Below the pieces are notes generated by a model, which searched no databases, was not told the origin of the DNA, and was given only the letters and a program-made list of their open reading frames with translations. From Candidatus Binatia bacterium (GTDB lineage Bacteria > Desulfobacterota > Binatia > HRBIN30), in the NCBI GenBank assembly GCA_038245295.1, contig JBBRSP010000008.1, forward strand, positions 96,001 through 160,000: 64,000 bases of DNA, written 5' to 3'. Shown here one piece after another: positions 32,952 through 43,587 of the stretch. The position numbers were made by a program, and so were the translations under genes. Positions within the stretch are counted from its first letter, which is position 1, and every line of letters starts with the position of its first letter.

Positions 32952-35384
32952 TCACGAACTCGCGGCCGTGCGGTGTTTTGCCGCCAGCGGGTGCGAGCGT
33001 GCCTCGACGGCGAAAAAGATCACGGCCAGGACGGAGAGTGCCGTTCCGAGCCACGCCGACCAGTGGTGCCACCGCGAATAGCTGAAGTGCGTTTCCGCCT
33101 CGCTCGGGACAAAGATCATTCGTTCGGCCGCGGCGTGGAACAGCCGACCCGATGCGGGTGCCCAGTAGGGAAAGTAGGAATAGGCGATCGAAACGGGTAC
33201 CGATGGGGTAGTTCCGCGCAGCGTGAATCCCTGGCCGTCCGGTTCCCATTGCAGCATCGGCAGTGGCGATTCGGAGGCCGGTTTTGGCGTCGTTTTCAGG
33301 AGTTGCGGAATCAGTGTTGTGTTGGCAAACGTTCTCAACTCGTCAAACAGCCGCTGCTCAGGATTCAACGCCTGCGGTGAGGATGCTCGAGCGGCTAGAT
33401 TCACGGGGGGAAAAAGAATGACCACGGTTCGGTCGGAGCCGCTCACCGCCGCACCGTTGACGATCCAGCGCTCGACGACCCCGGCACCCTCGGCGACGTC
33501 ATGCAACTCGATCAACTCGAAGCGGGCGCGCAATTCCGGGTGGTACGAGAACAGAAGGCTCACGAGCTTGAACGGCAAATTCCCGAGTTGATCGACATAT
33601 CCGATCAGCTCGCGCCGAATCGGTGCGACCGATGGTGCGGGAGCGGCATCGACGGTGAAGATGCTGTACGGACCGATCACCGTCGGTGCGGCAATCGGCA
33701 GCGTCCTGAGCCGGTCGCGAAATTCCGCACTTGCCGCAACGACGTGGCTAATCCCGAAGCTCCGCAGATCGGAAAGAATATCGGCGGACAATTCGAATGG
33801 GCCGGGCGCGTCGAATAGATACGTGTGACCGCCGAGCGCTTTCATCATGGCGGCCGGCGGTATCCAGGCCGCGGAGCTCTGGATGAAAAGGCCATTGAGA
33901 CTCTCGACGCCAGTCTCGGCGAGTTTCGAATAGATGTAGTGCGGCGACCGAAGGGCAAAGATTCGTGCGTCGTCGAAGTATTCGAACAGCACTCTTCCCG
34001 TACTCTGCCTCTGCAGAAACTCGACAACCGCATCGTCGTCGGCGTACCGCGAGCTCCAGCGTGCCGACCACGTCGCCTGCAGCGTCATCGGTGGGTTGCG
34101 CTCGATCGCCACGATGCTGCCGACCCAGACGATCGCGATCGCCGCAATCGCCACCGGCCGACGGCGCCTCGAGGCGGGCAGAAACGCGAGGGGCGCAACG
34201 CTGGCGATTACCGCCGTGAGGAGAACGATGAGCGAAGCGAAGCGATAATAGTGCAAACCGAACGCGACGCTCATGGCGACGTAGCTACTCGACAAGACGA
34301 ACGCGCTGATGATTACGATCAGAAAGAAGTGGCGGGCCGATTGGCCGTGTCGCCACGCGCGCCGTGTCAGCAGGAACAGCGGCAGAAGAAACAGCAAGAA
34401 TGGTTCGGTGAGTGTCAGTGGAGCTCCCGCCCCGAACAAGCCGGCCATAAACAGACCGGGTAGGTCCTGTAGAGGGTAACGGAACACGATGGTCAGCAGG
34501 TCTCCCACCCACGGCTCGATATCCAAGTAGGTAAACCGCGACGCCAGCACGACGCACGGAAGCAACCAAAATGACGGTAAGGCGACGCCGAGCGCCAGCG
34601 CCAAGACAAGCCGATGGCGCCGTTCGACGGGCACCGCGAAGCAAGCCAATGCGCCAAGGCCTGCTGCATAAACCGCGCTCAGCGTATGCGTGAGCAAGAG
34701 CGCGGCGAGCCAACCGGCGACGCCGCACAGCGATGGCCGCTGCCGCCGGCGTAGAAACTCAATGAGGCTGGCGCAGTACCAGAGCAACAGGTGCCAGGCA
34801 AAGAGCTGCGGGTAGAGTCCTCCATGAATGATCGAGCTGGCTCCGATCCCGAACATGTCCTCACTGCCAGCCAGATACCAGAACGTGATCGCGCAGGAAC
34901 CCAGCGCCGCCAGCACCCGCGCTGGTTGGCGCTGCGTGTGATCGTCGGCGACGAGATCTTCCGCCATGCCGCGCCCAGCGAGGTAGACGGACCACGGCAA
35001 GGTCGTGCATCCCAGGACGAGCAAGATTCGTGTTGCCAGCATCACCGGGTCGTCGGAAATCCAGCCGAGCGGCAGCGAAACCAGGCAGGTGAGCAGATGC
35101 GCACCGAAACTGTAGAAGGTCAGGGCGGGCCAGCCGGAAAACGCCGTCCGGTCAAAAAATTCGAACCGGCCTTGGAGAAGCAGACCCCGCAGGTGGCGCA
35201 TGAGCGCCAGTTGCCCAGGTAGATCTACCGACGGAATCGGCCTCGGGTTCAGGTACGGAGCGTACCAGGAAGCGAGAAATAAGCTGAACCCCAGGAGAAC
35301 GAGCCGCTCCGGTGTCAGTAGCCCGAGACGCTTTGAAGCATCAGGCGGCTTGCGCGCGGCATCAGGACTCAAGTGCACGGCCAA
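32952..35384 (-). CDS. Second PTPS-related/YfhO-like GT-C membrane protein
   Basis: DLPGQ, FSGWPALTFY, LLLTH, SFWLLP, GLFIQSS, YSYFPYW; start uncertain. Confidence 0.7.
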   Translation of the reverse strand: MAVHLSPDAARKPPDASKRLGLLTPERLVLLGFSLFLASWYAPYLNPRPIPSVDLPGQLALMRHLRGLLLQGRFEFFDRTAFSGWPALTFYSFGAHLLTCLVSLPLGWISDDPVMLATRILLVLGCTTLPWSVYLAGRGMAEDLVADDHTQRQPARVLAALGSCAITFWYLAGSEDMFGIGASSIIHGGLYPQLFAWHLLLWYCASLIEFLRRRQRPSLCGVAGWLAALLLTHTLSAVYAAGLGALACFAVPVERRHRLVLALALGVALPSFWLLPCVVLASRFTYLDIEPWVGDLLTIVFRYPLQDLPGLFMAGLFGAGAPLTLTEPFLLFLLPLFLLTRRAWRHGQSARHFFLIVIISAFVLSSSYVAMSVAFGLHYYRFASLIVLLTAVIASVAPLAFLPASRRRRPVAIAAIAIVWVGSIVAIERNPPMTLQATWSARWSSRYADDDAVVEFLQRQSTGRVLFEYFDDARIFALRSPHYIYSKLAETGVESLNGLFIQSSAAWIPPAAMMKALGGHTYLFDAPGPFELSADILSDLRSFGISHVVAASAEFRDRLRTLPIAAPTVIGPYSIFTVDAAPAPSVAPIRRELIGYVDQLGNLPFKLVSLLFSYHPELRARFELIELHDVAEGAGVVERWIVNGAAVSGSDRTVVILFPPVNLAARASSPQALNPEQRLFDELRTFANTTLIPQLLKTTPKPASESPLPMLQWEPDGQGFTLRGTTPSVPVSIAYSYFPYWAPASGRLFHAAAERMIFVPSEAETHFSYSRWHHWSAWLGTALSVLAVIFFAVEARSHPLAAKHRTAASS

Positions 35385-35445
35385 CCTTATGCCAACCGCG
35401 ATTGCTCGGGGCTTATCCCCGTGCCGATGGCCAGCGGCGCCGCAG

Positions 35446-35474
35446 CCAGGCCAAGAGCCAAGAACCCAAGAACA
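35446..35474 (+). repeat. Short heptamer tandem repeat
   Basis: CCAGG CCAAGAG CCAAGAA C CCAAGAAC. Confidence 0.5.
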
Positions 35475-35841
35475 CTCCCAACACGCTTGTCGAATGGAAC
35501 CAGTGCCATCTTTCGCATCGATCCCGTTAAACCCATCAATTCCAACTCGCGCCTCCGTCGTCTTTTGGGAATTCCATCACATCTGCCGTCGCGGCTAAAG
35601 AGACGCTACGCCCCGAGCTGCCGTGCCCGAGCTGTGATCGCCGTCCGAGAGGTCGCGATTGCGCTTCCAAGAAGCGCTTGAACACAGAGGGCCCTCTCCC
35701 GGTCCGCCGCCGGCCACTTCGGATGAAACGCGTGCGACGAACCAAACCCGTTGCTCAGGCTCGCGCTGGGTCGCCAAATAATGATTCGTGTCTCAACGTC
35801 GCGGTGCCAATTTCGTGGGGCTCGTTTTCGAAAAGGCAAAT

Positions 35842-36573
35842 TCACTCGGGACAACTACCAAGCTGTTTCCCGGCGACGGTGGCGCACAGTAGCTCGATCG
35901 TGAAGGTGCTGCCGTCGTCGGCGGTCTCCGTGGAGCGAACCGTGCCGATGCCGAGCGTCACTTCGCTGACTTCCTCGGTGCGTGTGTGATTCGCTCCCAG
36001 GTCAACCGTGCTGATGCGGTGCAACTCGAAACGCGTGCCATCGGTGTCCGGTAGCCGGCGAGCCCACCGCAGTTGCTTGATGGCACCGCGCGCCATTACT
36101 TCCTGGTCATTGCTGAGCATGCTGACGCGGACCGCCGTGTCGACAGGATCGCGTCGACTGCGCAAGGGTATGTTGGCGCTCGGCAGGGGTGTTTCGTAGG
36201 TCATGCGCAATCCCGCCTGCACCAGCTCGGCGCTCAGCATGTAGCGCGCGTTGTCGCCAATCTGGATGATATTGCGCGACACTTCGTTGTCGGCTTGCCG
36301 CAGTGTGATGCTGCATGTGGTGGCGCGTTCGCAACGAACGTGTTGCGTGTAGATCCCGTCGGCCAAGGCTTTGTTGCCGGTCACACGAACGGTGAACACG
36401 TCGCCATCGTGGAGCGGGGCAATCTGCTGCACGTCGCCGTCGAACAGCACTTCGTCTTTCAGGTCGGGCGGGATCGCGAAGCGGTCGACCGGTGCTGCCG
36501 GGCGGCTGGCCGTACAAGCGGAGAGTACACTCAGGGTGAGGGCGAGCATGGCTCGGGCGTGATACGAACGCAT
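35842..36573 (-). CDS. Hypothetical lipoprotein
   Basis: Lipobox LSAC after a hydrophobic stretch; beta-rich body. Confidence 0.65.
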   Translation of the reverse strand: MRSYHARAMLALTLSVLSACTASRPAAPVDRFAIPPDLKDEVLFDGDVQQIAPLHDGDVFTVRVTGNKALADGIYTQHVRCERATTCSITLRQADNEVSRNIIQIGDNARYMLSAELVQAGLRMTYETPLPSANIPLRSRRDPVDTAVRVSMLSNDQEVMARGAIKQLRWARRLPDTDGTRFELHRISTVDLGANHTRTEEVSEVTLGIGTVRSTETADDGSTFTIELLCATVAGKQLGSCPE

Positions 36574-36650
36574 GTCGATCATCCTGACTGATCAGCCACC
36601 CGGCTGGCAAGGTGGTGTGTCGTTCGGAACGGGGCGGTTGGCAAAGTACC

Positions 36651-37652
36651 CTACGACCAGACCCGCTCCCAGCGTCGCGACTGTGCCGATCGGTACATGG
36701 CGAGCGCACCGCGCAGCTCGCCCAGGGAAGACTCGGGCGGTGCGGCTAGAGGTGTGCCATCGAGCACGGCGGCTTCGAAGTCGCGCCACTCTCCTTCGTA
36801 ACTCTGCATGTACTGACTGTCGCCGACGATCGTGCCGGCTCCACCCATGTTACCGAACTGATGGACGTGGGCGGCATCAATCACGATCTCGCCCGCCATG
36901 CCGGTAATTTGAAAGCGCGGCACATTGGCACCGGCTGCCACGGCGAGCAGGGCGTCGAAGCTGGCGACGACGCCGCTATCAAAGCGGCACAGGGCGCGGC
37001 AAAGGGATTCTCCCTGCATGGCGGCCTGGGGATGTGCCGTGACCGCGATGACCTCGTCAAGCTCGCCGCACCACAGGCGCAACGGGCGCAGGAAGTGAGA
37101 ACCGGCGTCGATGGCCACACCGCCACCGGCCGCATCGAGCGAGAAGCGCCATGCCTCCTTGGCGTAGAACTGCGGCATGAACGGCATCGAGCACCAGGCG
37201 CGCGCCGTGATCAACGTGCCGATGGCTCCGGCATCGATGAGTTCCTTGGCTTTGATCACGCCGGGCCAATACTGGGCGTTTTCGGCGACCATGAACACGG
37301 TGCCCGCCGCTCGCGCGGCGCTCAGGATGCGGTCGCAGGCGTCGGGATCGGTGGCCATCGGTTTTTCCAGCAACAAATGGCGCTTTGCGGCGAGTGCTTC
37401 GAGCGCCAACGTTTCGTGCAGATGGTGCGGCACCATGATCGCCACGGCATCGGCCGCGTCGGCGGCGAGGGCGTCGGTCAATGAGGCGAATGGCGTCCCG
37501 CCGGTCTTCGCCGCCAGTGCCTTCGCCTGTGCTGCATTTGGATCGACGCAGGCGGTAACACGCGTGCGTTCGGCGGCAACGCGGATCGCGTTCCAATGCC
37601 ACTCGGCGATGGCGCCGCAGCCAACAATGGCGACTCGTAAGGTTTGGCTCAT
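36651..37652 (-). CDS. Gfo/Idh/MocA oxidoreductase
   Basis: VGCGAIA, LLLEKPMA, GGGVAIDAGSH. Confidence 0.9.
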   Translation of the reverse strand: MSQTLRVAIVGCGAIAEWHWNAIRVAAERTRVTACVDPNAAQAKALAAKTGGTPFASLTDALAADAADAVAIMVPHHLHETLALEALAAKRHLLLEKPMATDPDACDRILSAARAAGTVFMVAENAQYWPGVIKAKELIDAGAIGTLITARAWCSMPFMPQFYAKEAWRFSLDAAGGGVAIDAGSHFLRPLRLWCGELDEVIAVTAHPQAAMQGESLCRALCRFDSGVVASFDALLAVAAGANVPRFQITGMAGEIVIDAAHVHQFGNMGGAGTIVGDSQYMQSYEGEWRDFEAAVLDGTPLAAPPESSLGELRGALAMYRSAQSRRWERVWS

Positions 37653-37715
37653 CGGCGGACGGCTACCGCATCCCGCCAATCGCCTCAACCTGTGCGGGTC
37701 ACACCGGCATATCCG

Positions 37716-37786
37716 CCGCGGCTAAAGCTTGCGCCTACCGGGGCGGGATTTGGACGAGCACGGGTAGGCGAAGGCTTCAGCCTGCG
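37716..37786. repeat. Inverted REP pair (family A, degenerate)
   Basis: ...GCTAAAGCTTGCGCCTACC and GGTAGGCGAAGGCTTCAGCCTGCG. Confidence 0.75.
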
Positions 37787-37833
37787 CTGCGAATTCATTG
37801 TTTCCGTCATCAAGGCGAGATAAACCGCCGCCG

Positions 37834-38592
37834 ATGTCAGCGACCCACAACGCGACGCGCTTCGACTTCGGCGGCGCCCACGTCCTCGTCACCGGCGGCT
37901 CCAACGGCATCGGTCGGGCCATTGCCACGGCGTTTGTCGAAGCGGGCGCGCAGGTGTTCATCACCGGCACGCGCGCCGCGGCGGCAGACTATGACCACGA
38001 CCTGTCGCGGTTTGGCTATCACCAACTCGACGTGCGCCAGGCCAACGACACGGCGACCCTCGTCAAGCGTCTGCCGCGCCTCGATATTCTGGTCAACAAC
38101 GCCGGCGCCAACTTCGCTCGCCAGCCGAGCGAATGGGACCCCGAAATCTTCGAGGACTCCATCCGCCTGAATCTGACCGGTGCCTTTCGCCTGGCCGTCG
38201 CCTGCAAACCTTTGCTGGTAGCGAGCCAACTCGAGGGCGGTGCGAGCATCCTCAACGTCGCCAGCATGAGCTCGTTTTTCGCAGTGCCGGTGGTTCCGGC
38301 GTACGGTGCTGCCAAGGCGGGGATCGTGCAGCTGACCAAGAACCTGGCGGTCGCCTGGGCCGGTGACAAGATCCGTGTCAACGCCGTCGCGCCCGGGCTG
38401 ATCGAATCCAACATGACCGCCGGCATGAAATCCGTGGCCGCGGCGGCGCAACCGCATTTGGACCGCACGGCGATGCACCGCTGGGGCCAACCCGACGACG
38501 TGGCTCCGTCGTTCCTCTTCTTCGCCAGTTCCGCCGCGCGCTTCATCACCGGCCAGACACTATGCGTCGACGGCGGCTACTCGGTGACTTGA
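37834..38592 (+). CDS. SDR family oxidoreductase
   Basis: TGGSNGIG, NNAG, YGAAK, VDGG. Confidence 0.92.
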   Translation: MSATHNATRFDFGGAHVLVTGGSNGIGRAIATAFVEAGAQVFITGTRAAAADYDHDLSRFGYHQLDVRQANDTATLVKRLPRLDILVNNAGANFARQPSEWDPEIFEDSIRLNLTGAFRLAVACKPLLVASQLEGGASILNVASMSSFFAVPVVPAYGAAKAGIVQLTKNLAVAWAGDKIRVNAVAPGLIESNMTAGMKSVAAAAQPHLDRTAMHRWGQPDDVAPSFLFFASSAARFITGQTLCVDGGYSVT

Positions 38593-38644
38593 TGCAAAAC
38601 AGTGCCGTGTCAACGAACCGCCAACCGCCCAACCGCCTACTTCA

Positions 38645-39907
38645 ATGATGCCAACCAACCGTCCCCCCATCTGGCGCACACGCCCAACCGGCTTCGACAT
38701 CGCCCCGGCGACGACTGTGCGCCACGGCGCGATCAACGACTTCGCCTATGTCTCCGAGGGCACGACCAACAGTTATCTGTTGGTGACCTCGGAAGGACGC
38801 GTCGTCATCAACACCGGCCTCGGCTTCGAGGCCCTGGTCCACAGGCAGTACTTCGACAGCATCGACCGCGGACCGGTGCGCTACATCATCCTGACGCAGG
38901 GGCATGTGGACCATGTTGGCGGCACCGACCATTTCTCGGAGGCGGGGACGGAAATCGTCGCCCACGTGAACAACCCGGCGCATCAAGCCGACGACGCGCG
39001 CATCCAACCCTTTCGGACGCGCCGTTCGTACTTTGCCTGGGCGGCGGCGATTGACGGCAAGACGCGGCCGCAAAGTGGGCAGGTGCCGGTTCAGTCGCGT
39101 CCAACGGCAACCATTCTGGTGCGCGATACGTTGCGCTTTGAGTTGGGTGGCCTGGCGGTCGAGGTGGTTCCGTGCACGGGGGCCGAGACCGTCGACTCGT
39201 TGCTGGTGTGGCTGCCAAAGCAACACATGCTCATTACGAGCAACATCTTCAGCGCTCTTTTTGGTCACTTTCCAAATCTCGTGACTATTCGCGGCGACCG
39301 CTATCGCGATCCGTTGCCCTATGTCGCAACGCTCGAGAAAGTGCAGGCTCTCGGAGTCGAGACGTTGCTCATCGGCCACGGCCCGCCGATCGTTGGTCGC
39401 GATCTGATCGCCGCCGAACTCGAGCGTATGAAGGGCGCCGTCTTGTCCGTGCACGACGCCGTCGTGACAGCGATGAACGCCGGCAAGGATTTGTGGGCGA
39501 CGATGCGCGAGGTGTCGTTGCCGCCGGAGCTCGAACAAGGCGAAGGGTACGGCAAGATCAGTTGGTCGGTGCGTGCCATCTGGGAAATGTATGCTGGCTG
39601 GTTTCATCACCAGTCGACCACCGAGCTCTATCCGGTGCCCTACTGGAGTGTGCACGCTGATTTGGTGCGGCTGGCCGGCGCCGATGCGATTGCCGCCGCG
39701 GCGTTGGCCAAGGCGACGAGTGCGCCGGTCGAAGCCTTGCACCTGGCTGAAGTGGTCCTGTCGCACACGCCGGCGCACTCCGGTGCCGTGGCGGCGAGCC
39801 TGTCGGCGCATCGGGTGCTGCTGGCGGCGAGTGTAAATTTCTGGGAGACGCGCTGGCTCGAGCATCAGATTCGTTTGCTCGAGGCGCGGCGGGCGGAGCC
39901 GACATGA
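38645..39907 (+). CDS. Alkyl-sulfatase-like metallo-beta-lactamase fold protein
   Basis: TQGHVDHVGG, AETVDS, HFPNLVTIRGDRYR, GHG, GEGYGK..W. Confidence 0.8.
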   Translation: MMPTNRPPIWRTRPTGFDIAPATTVRHGAINDFAYVSEGTTNSYLLVTSEGRVVINTGLGFEALVHRQYFDSIDRGPVRYIILTQGHVDHVGGTDHFSEAGTEIVAHVNNPAHQADDARIQPFRTRRSYFAWAAAIDGKTRPQSGQVPVQSRPTATILVRDTLRFELGGLAVEVVPCTGAETVDSLLVWLPKQHMLITSNIFSALFGHFPNLVTIRGDRYRDPLPYVATLEKVQALGVETLLIGHGPPIVGRDLIAAELERMKGAVLSVHDAVVTAMNAGKDLWATMREVSLPPELEQGEGYGKISWSVRAIWEMYAGWFHHQSTTELYPVPYWSVHADLVRLAGADAIAAAALAKATSAPVEALHLAEVVLSHTPAHSGAVAASLSAHRVLLAASVNFWETRWLEHQIRLLEARRAEPT

Positions 39908-41157
39908 GCGACGCCGCGTCCAAGATCCGCATCACCGATCTGGCCGCGCCGCTGCTCACCGACGCCCAGCGCGCCGCAATCGCGTACGCAACCACCGTTC
40001 CGTGCGATTTGTCGGAGGCGGCGGTGATTGCCGCGGCAGAGCGCCAGACCGGCTTGTATGACTTCGGCGACGACGACTTCCGTGATCGTCTGCGTGTCTG
40101 GCTGCAGGCAGTGAATGAGGACGAACGACTTGGGCCTCTTGGACGCCTCGGACTGTTCGGCAACTGCGTGCGCTTTCTGCGTAATCGGTTGCGCCTCGAG
40201 GATCTCTTGAAGCGTCACCCGGCGATCCTCGACATCGAGATCCGAAAACCGATCATTGTCGCCGGACTGCCGCGTTCAGGAACCACCCACCTGTTGAATC
40301 TGCTCGCAGCCGACACGCGTCTGCGTTCGTTGCCGTTCTGGGAAGCGTTGGAGCCGATTCCCGTGGAAGGCGAAGGGCCGGGGCGCGACGGCCTCGATCC
40401 ACGCTTCCTGCGTTGCCGGAGCATGTACGAAGGAATCTCGGCACGCCTGCCTTTGTTGAAGGCGATGCACGACATGCCGCCGCAACACATTCACGAAGAA
40501 GTCGAGCTCCTCGATCTCGACTTCGCTTCGTACCAGCTCGAGTGGGTGTGTTTGGCGCCGCGTTGGCGCGACTATTACCTGTCGCTCGATCTGCGGCCGC
40601 ACTACGCCTACATGAAGAAGGCGCTGCAGGCCCTGACTTGGTTCCGCGGCGGCGAGCGCTGGGTGCTCAAATCGCCGCAGCATCTCGAGCAGCTTGGGCC
40701 GCTGTGCGAGACGTTTCCGGACGCCACGATCGTGCTGACGCACCGCGATCCGGTGGCGGTCATTCAGTCGGCGATTACCCTGATGGCGTATGGCGAGCGC
40801 TTACGCCGCACCAAGATCGATCTGACGGCGTTGGCCGAGTACTGGATTGACCGTGTCGAGCGCCTGCTGCGCGCTTGCGTGCGGGATCGCGACAAGGTGC
40901 CGGCCGAGCGCAGTGTCGACGTATTGTTCCATGAGTTCATGGCGGATGATCTCGGCACCGTCGAGCGCATCTACGCGCGGGCCGGGTTGCCGTTGACCGA
41001 GCAGGCGCGCGTCGAGATGGAGGCGTTCCTCGAGGCGAACCGGCGCGGTAAACACGGTCAGGTGGTGTACGATCTCGAGCGCGACTTCGGAGTCGATCCC
41101 GATGCCGTTCGTCGGCGCTTCGAGTTTTATTTCGCGCGCTTCGCGGTAAGTAGGTAG
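39904..41157 (+). CDS. Sulfotransferase (PAPS-dependent)
   Basis: GLPRSGTT 5'-PSB, WVLKSPQH, THRDP. Confidence 0.9.
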   Translation: MSDAASKIRITDLAAPLLTDAQRAAIAYATTVPCDLSEAAVIAAAERQTGLYDFGDDDFRDRLRVWLQAVNEDERLGPLGRLGLFGNCVRFLRNRLRLEDLLKRHPAILDIEIRKPIIVAGLPRSGTTHLLNLLAADTRLRSLPFWEALEPIPVEGEGPGRDGLDPRFLRCRSMYEGISARLPLLKAMHDMPPQHIHEEVELLDLDFASYQLEWVCLAPRWRDYYLSLDLRPHYAYMKKALQALTWFRGGERWVLKSPQHLEQLGPLCETFPDATIVLTHRDPVAVIQSAITLMAYGERLRRTKIDLTALAEYWIDRVERLLRACVRDRDKVPAERSVDVLFHEFMADDLGTVERIYARAGLPLTEQARVEMEAFLEANRRGKHGQVVYDLERDFGVDPDAVRRRFEFYFARFAVSR

Positions 41158-41186
41158 CCGCAGGCTTTAGCCGGCTTTAGCCTGCG
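41153..41186 (+). repeat. REP family A variant with internal 10-bp duplication
   Basis: GGTAGCCGCA-GGCTTTAGCC-GGCTTTAGCC-TGCG. Confidence 0.7.
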
Positions 41187-41402
41187 CCGACGGCCGTGCG
41201 TATCTTCGACCAGGCTGCCGAGATCGGCGGCGGCGACGCTGCCGCCGACATCGAGGTGCTCGGCTGGCGTCCCTACATCGAGTGCCTCTCGATCCGGGCC
41301 ACCGCGCACACCTTCCTGGGCCGCCCCCGCGAGGCACTCGAGTTCGTGGAGCGGCAGAGTTCAAACGGGTAGCCTGGATCGGTGCATCGGCCGTGGCCAT
41401 CG

Positions 41403-43022
41403 TTACGGCAACGCGCACGAGAAGCTGTCGGGCGAGTTCACATCTCCCGAGCCGTTGTACCGCACGTACGCCGGCCAGCGGCAGAGCGGACGGAACGGCA
41501 GCAGCTGATTGGTGTTGGGATCAGGCCGGTAGCCGACCAGATCGGCGGGTGCCGCGCCTCCTTCGACCCACGCGTCGATCGGCGTGAGAAAGTCGTTGGC
41601 GGCCGCGCCGACACCGCCGCCGGTGTGATCGACGCCGGGCGACAAGTAGAGGCGCAGAAACTGATCGGCCGCGGCCTGGCCACCCGCTGCCGTGACGGTG
41701 CGCTGGTAGTAGTCGATCGTGTTGTAGGCGCTGATGCCGTAGTCGGACAAACCGTGCCACAGAATCAGCTTGCCGCCGCGGGCGCGGAACGCTGCCAGGT
41801 CGGGATCGGTAGCGTCCATCAACGCCGACAGGGCTTGCAGCGGCGCGCGGTATGCCGTCGGGTCGAAGTGCAGCGTGTCGAAGTGTGGGTCCTTGGTCAC
41901 GAAGTACAGAAGGAACTGTTCCTGCAGGGTGAAGCCGAAGCTCGACGGCGTCTCCGGCGATGATCCGGTTAGCCACAGCGGCCAGGCGCCGGACGAGTCC
42001 TCGAGGCCGAGGGGCCAACCGCGATAGGTGTTGAGGCCATTCGCCAGATCGATGCCGAAATCCCCGTCGGCGTGGATGAGGTTGACGGTGGCGATTTGTG
42101 CGTCGGTCAGACAGCCGCTCGTCTCCGCGGCGTTGCAGCGCAGGCTCTGCGGATCGACGTGACAGGCGGCGAGATGGCTGACGATCCCGTCGGCAAGCCC
42201 GTCCAGCGCGTCGCATGCCTGGGTCACGGCGTCGCCGACGAGCCGGACCGCGTCGGCGTCAAGGTAGCCGCCGGGCGTCACGAACATCTGCTGTACGATA
42301 CGGTTATGCGCCAGTTGCAGCGCGGTGAAGTTGAACGCCGGCTCGCGTGCGATCACGCCGTCGAAGTCGTCGGGAAAACGTTGCGCTTCGATGAGCGCTT
42401 CGCGTCCGCCTTCCGAGCCTCCCTCGAAGTAGGCGCGCCGTGGCATCGCGCCGTAACGGGCGGTGAGGATTTCACGCGTGGCGAGCAAGACGCGATGGGT
42501 GGATTGAACTGCGAAGTTGTCGACCGCCTCCGCATCATTGAGGGCCCACGAGCCGTCGAGTTGGTTGCCGCGGTGGCCGCTGTCGGTCGCCACGGAGGCG
42601 AAGCCTTTGGCGAGGATGCCGGTGCTGCGACCGCCGTCATCCGGTGAACCAATAATTCCGTCGTACCCGCCGCCGCCCAGAAAGACGAGTTTCTGATTCC
42701 AGTTCGTCGGTAGGCGCAGCTCGAAGTTGAGCGCCGGATCAATCTTGGCGGTGACCTTACAGTACTGGGGTGAAGGCGGGTTGGCGGCGACCAGAGTCGT
42801 TGAGCCAAGGTGTGCGGTGCCGATCATCATGCCGGAGAGGGCGCGGCATGCGGTGGCGGGATTAACGACGGTCGGTGTTACGGAGGCCGTCGGCGAGGCG
42901 GTGGCCGAACGACTTGCAGTTGGCGTTGCCGCCGCGACAGCCTCGTCATCCGAGTTGTTGCCGCAACCGTAGAGCAACGCGAAGCAGAGCGGCGCCAGCG
43001 CCAGACGAGAGGTGCGATTCAT
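41403..43022 (-). CDS. Tannase/feruloyl esterase family lipoprotein
   Basis: Lipobox LYGC, TDSGH, GGSEGGRE, CDALDG, WHGLSD, PGVDH, RPLCRWP. Confidence 0.9.
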   Translation of the reverse strand: MNRTSRLALAPLCFALLYGCGNNSDDEAVAAATPTASRSATASPTASVTPTVVNPATACRALSGMMIGTAHLGSTTLVAANPPSPQYCKVTAKIDPALNFELRLPTNWNQKLVFLGGGGYDGIIGSPDDGGRSTGILAKGFASVATDSGHRGNQLDGSWALNDAEAVDNFAVQSTHRVLLATREILTARYGAMPRRAYFEGGSEGGREALIEAQRFPDDFDGVIAREPAFNFTALQLAHNRIVQQMFVTPGGYLDADAVRLVGDAVTQACDALDGLADGIVSHLAACHVDPQSLRCNAAETSGCLTDAQIATVNLIHADGDFGIDLANGLNTYRGWPLGLEDSSGAWPLWLTGSSPETPSSFGFTLQEQFLLYFVTKDPHFDTLHFDPTAYRAPLQALSALMDATDPDLAAFRARGGKLILWHGLSDYGISAYNTIDYYQRTVTAAGGQAAADQFLRLYLSPGVDHTGGGVGAAANDFLTPIDAWVEGGAAPADLVGYRPDPNTNQLLPFRPLCRWPAYVRYNGSGDVNSPDSFSCALP

Positions 43023-43142
43023 GCGGCGACCTCTACACGAATCCCGCGTCGCGTTACCAGCGTGCTCGGATGGATGCGCATCGAATTGGTCATCTTCGGT
43101 CCTCTGTTGTGGGTTGTCCGTTTTTCATTGGTTCCGGCGTTG

Positions 43143-43282
43143 GGGCGGTTCGGGAACCGCCCGGTTCTGCCCGCTGCGGTACATGCACCGGCGGAACGGG
43201 TCGACAAACGCCGCACGCGTAGGCGACCGTCCGTGTGGATGTGGGCCGCCGGTTCGCCGGGCGGTTCTCGAACCGCCCCTAC
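43143..43282. repeat. Second REP family (B)
   Basis: GGGCGGTTCGGGAACCGCCC (43143-43162) and GGGCGGTTCTCGAACCGCCCCTAC (43259-43282); degenerate copy near 25760-25784. Confidence 0.7.
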
Positions 43283-43587
43283 AATACAACAGATGGCTCC
43301 GATACCGCCGGGTGTCCGAGTCGGCTCTGGAACGAGATTATCGGCCATGCCCCAGGACGAAAGCGATCGCTCCTGGAGCCCCAACTTGAAGCAGTGTGCG
43401 ACCCTCACGTCTGCCAAAAATATCCAATAAATTAAGGGGGTGAATGCGTCCGCCGACCAACAAAAGTCAAAAAACGTTGAGTTTGTGTGCGTAGGTAGAG
43501 TCGTCCGGACCCGCGAGACGCGATCCTGGGGCTTCCTGGTGCGTCTGCTGGCGGGTGCGGGTTTGCGAAATGCCATATTTTGCGAGG

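Noticed and set aside
35380..35394. sigma54-like TGGCAT-N5-TGGC upstream of the GT-C gene
   Set aside because: Overlaps the predicted start codon, has an imperfect -12 and no supporting enhancer
41190..41400. Coding-like stretch (RIFDQAAEIGGGDAAADIEVLGWRPYIECL)
   Set aside because: No start or recognisable family; probably a gene remnant that cannot be assigned
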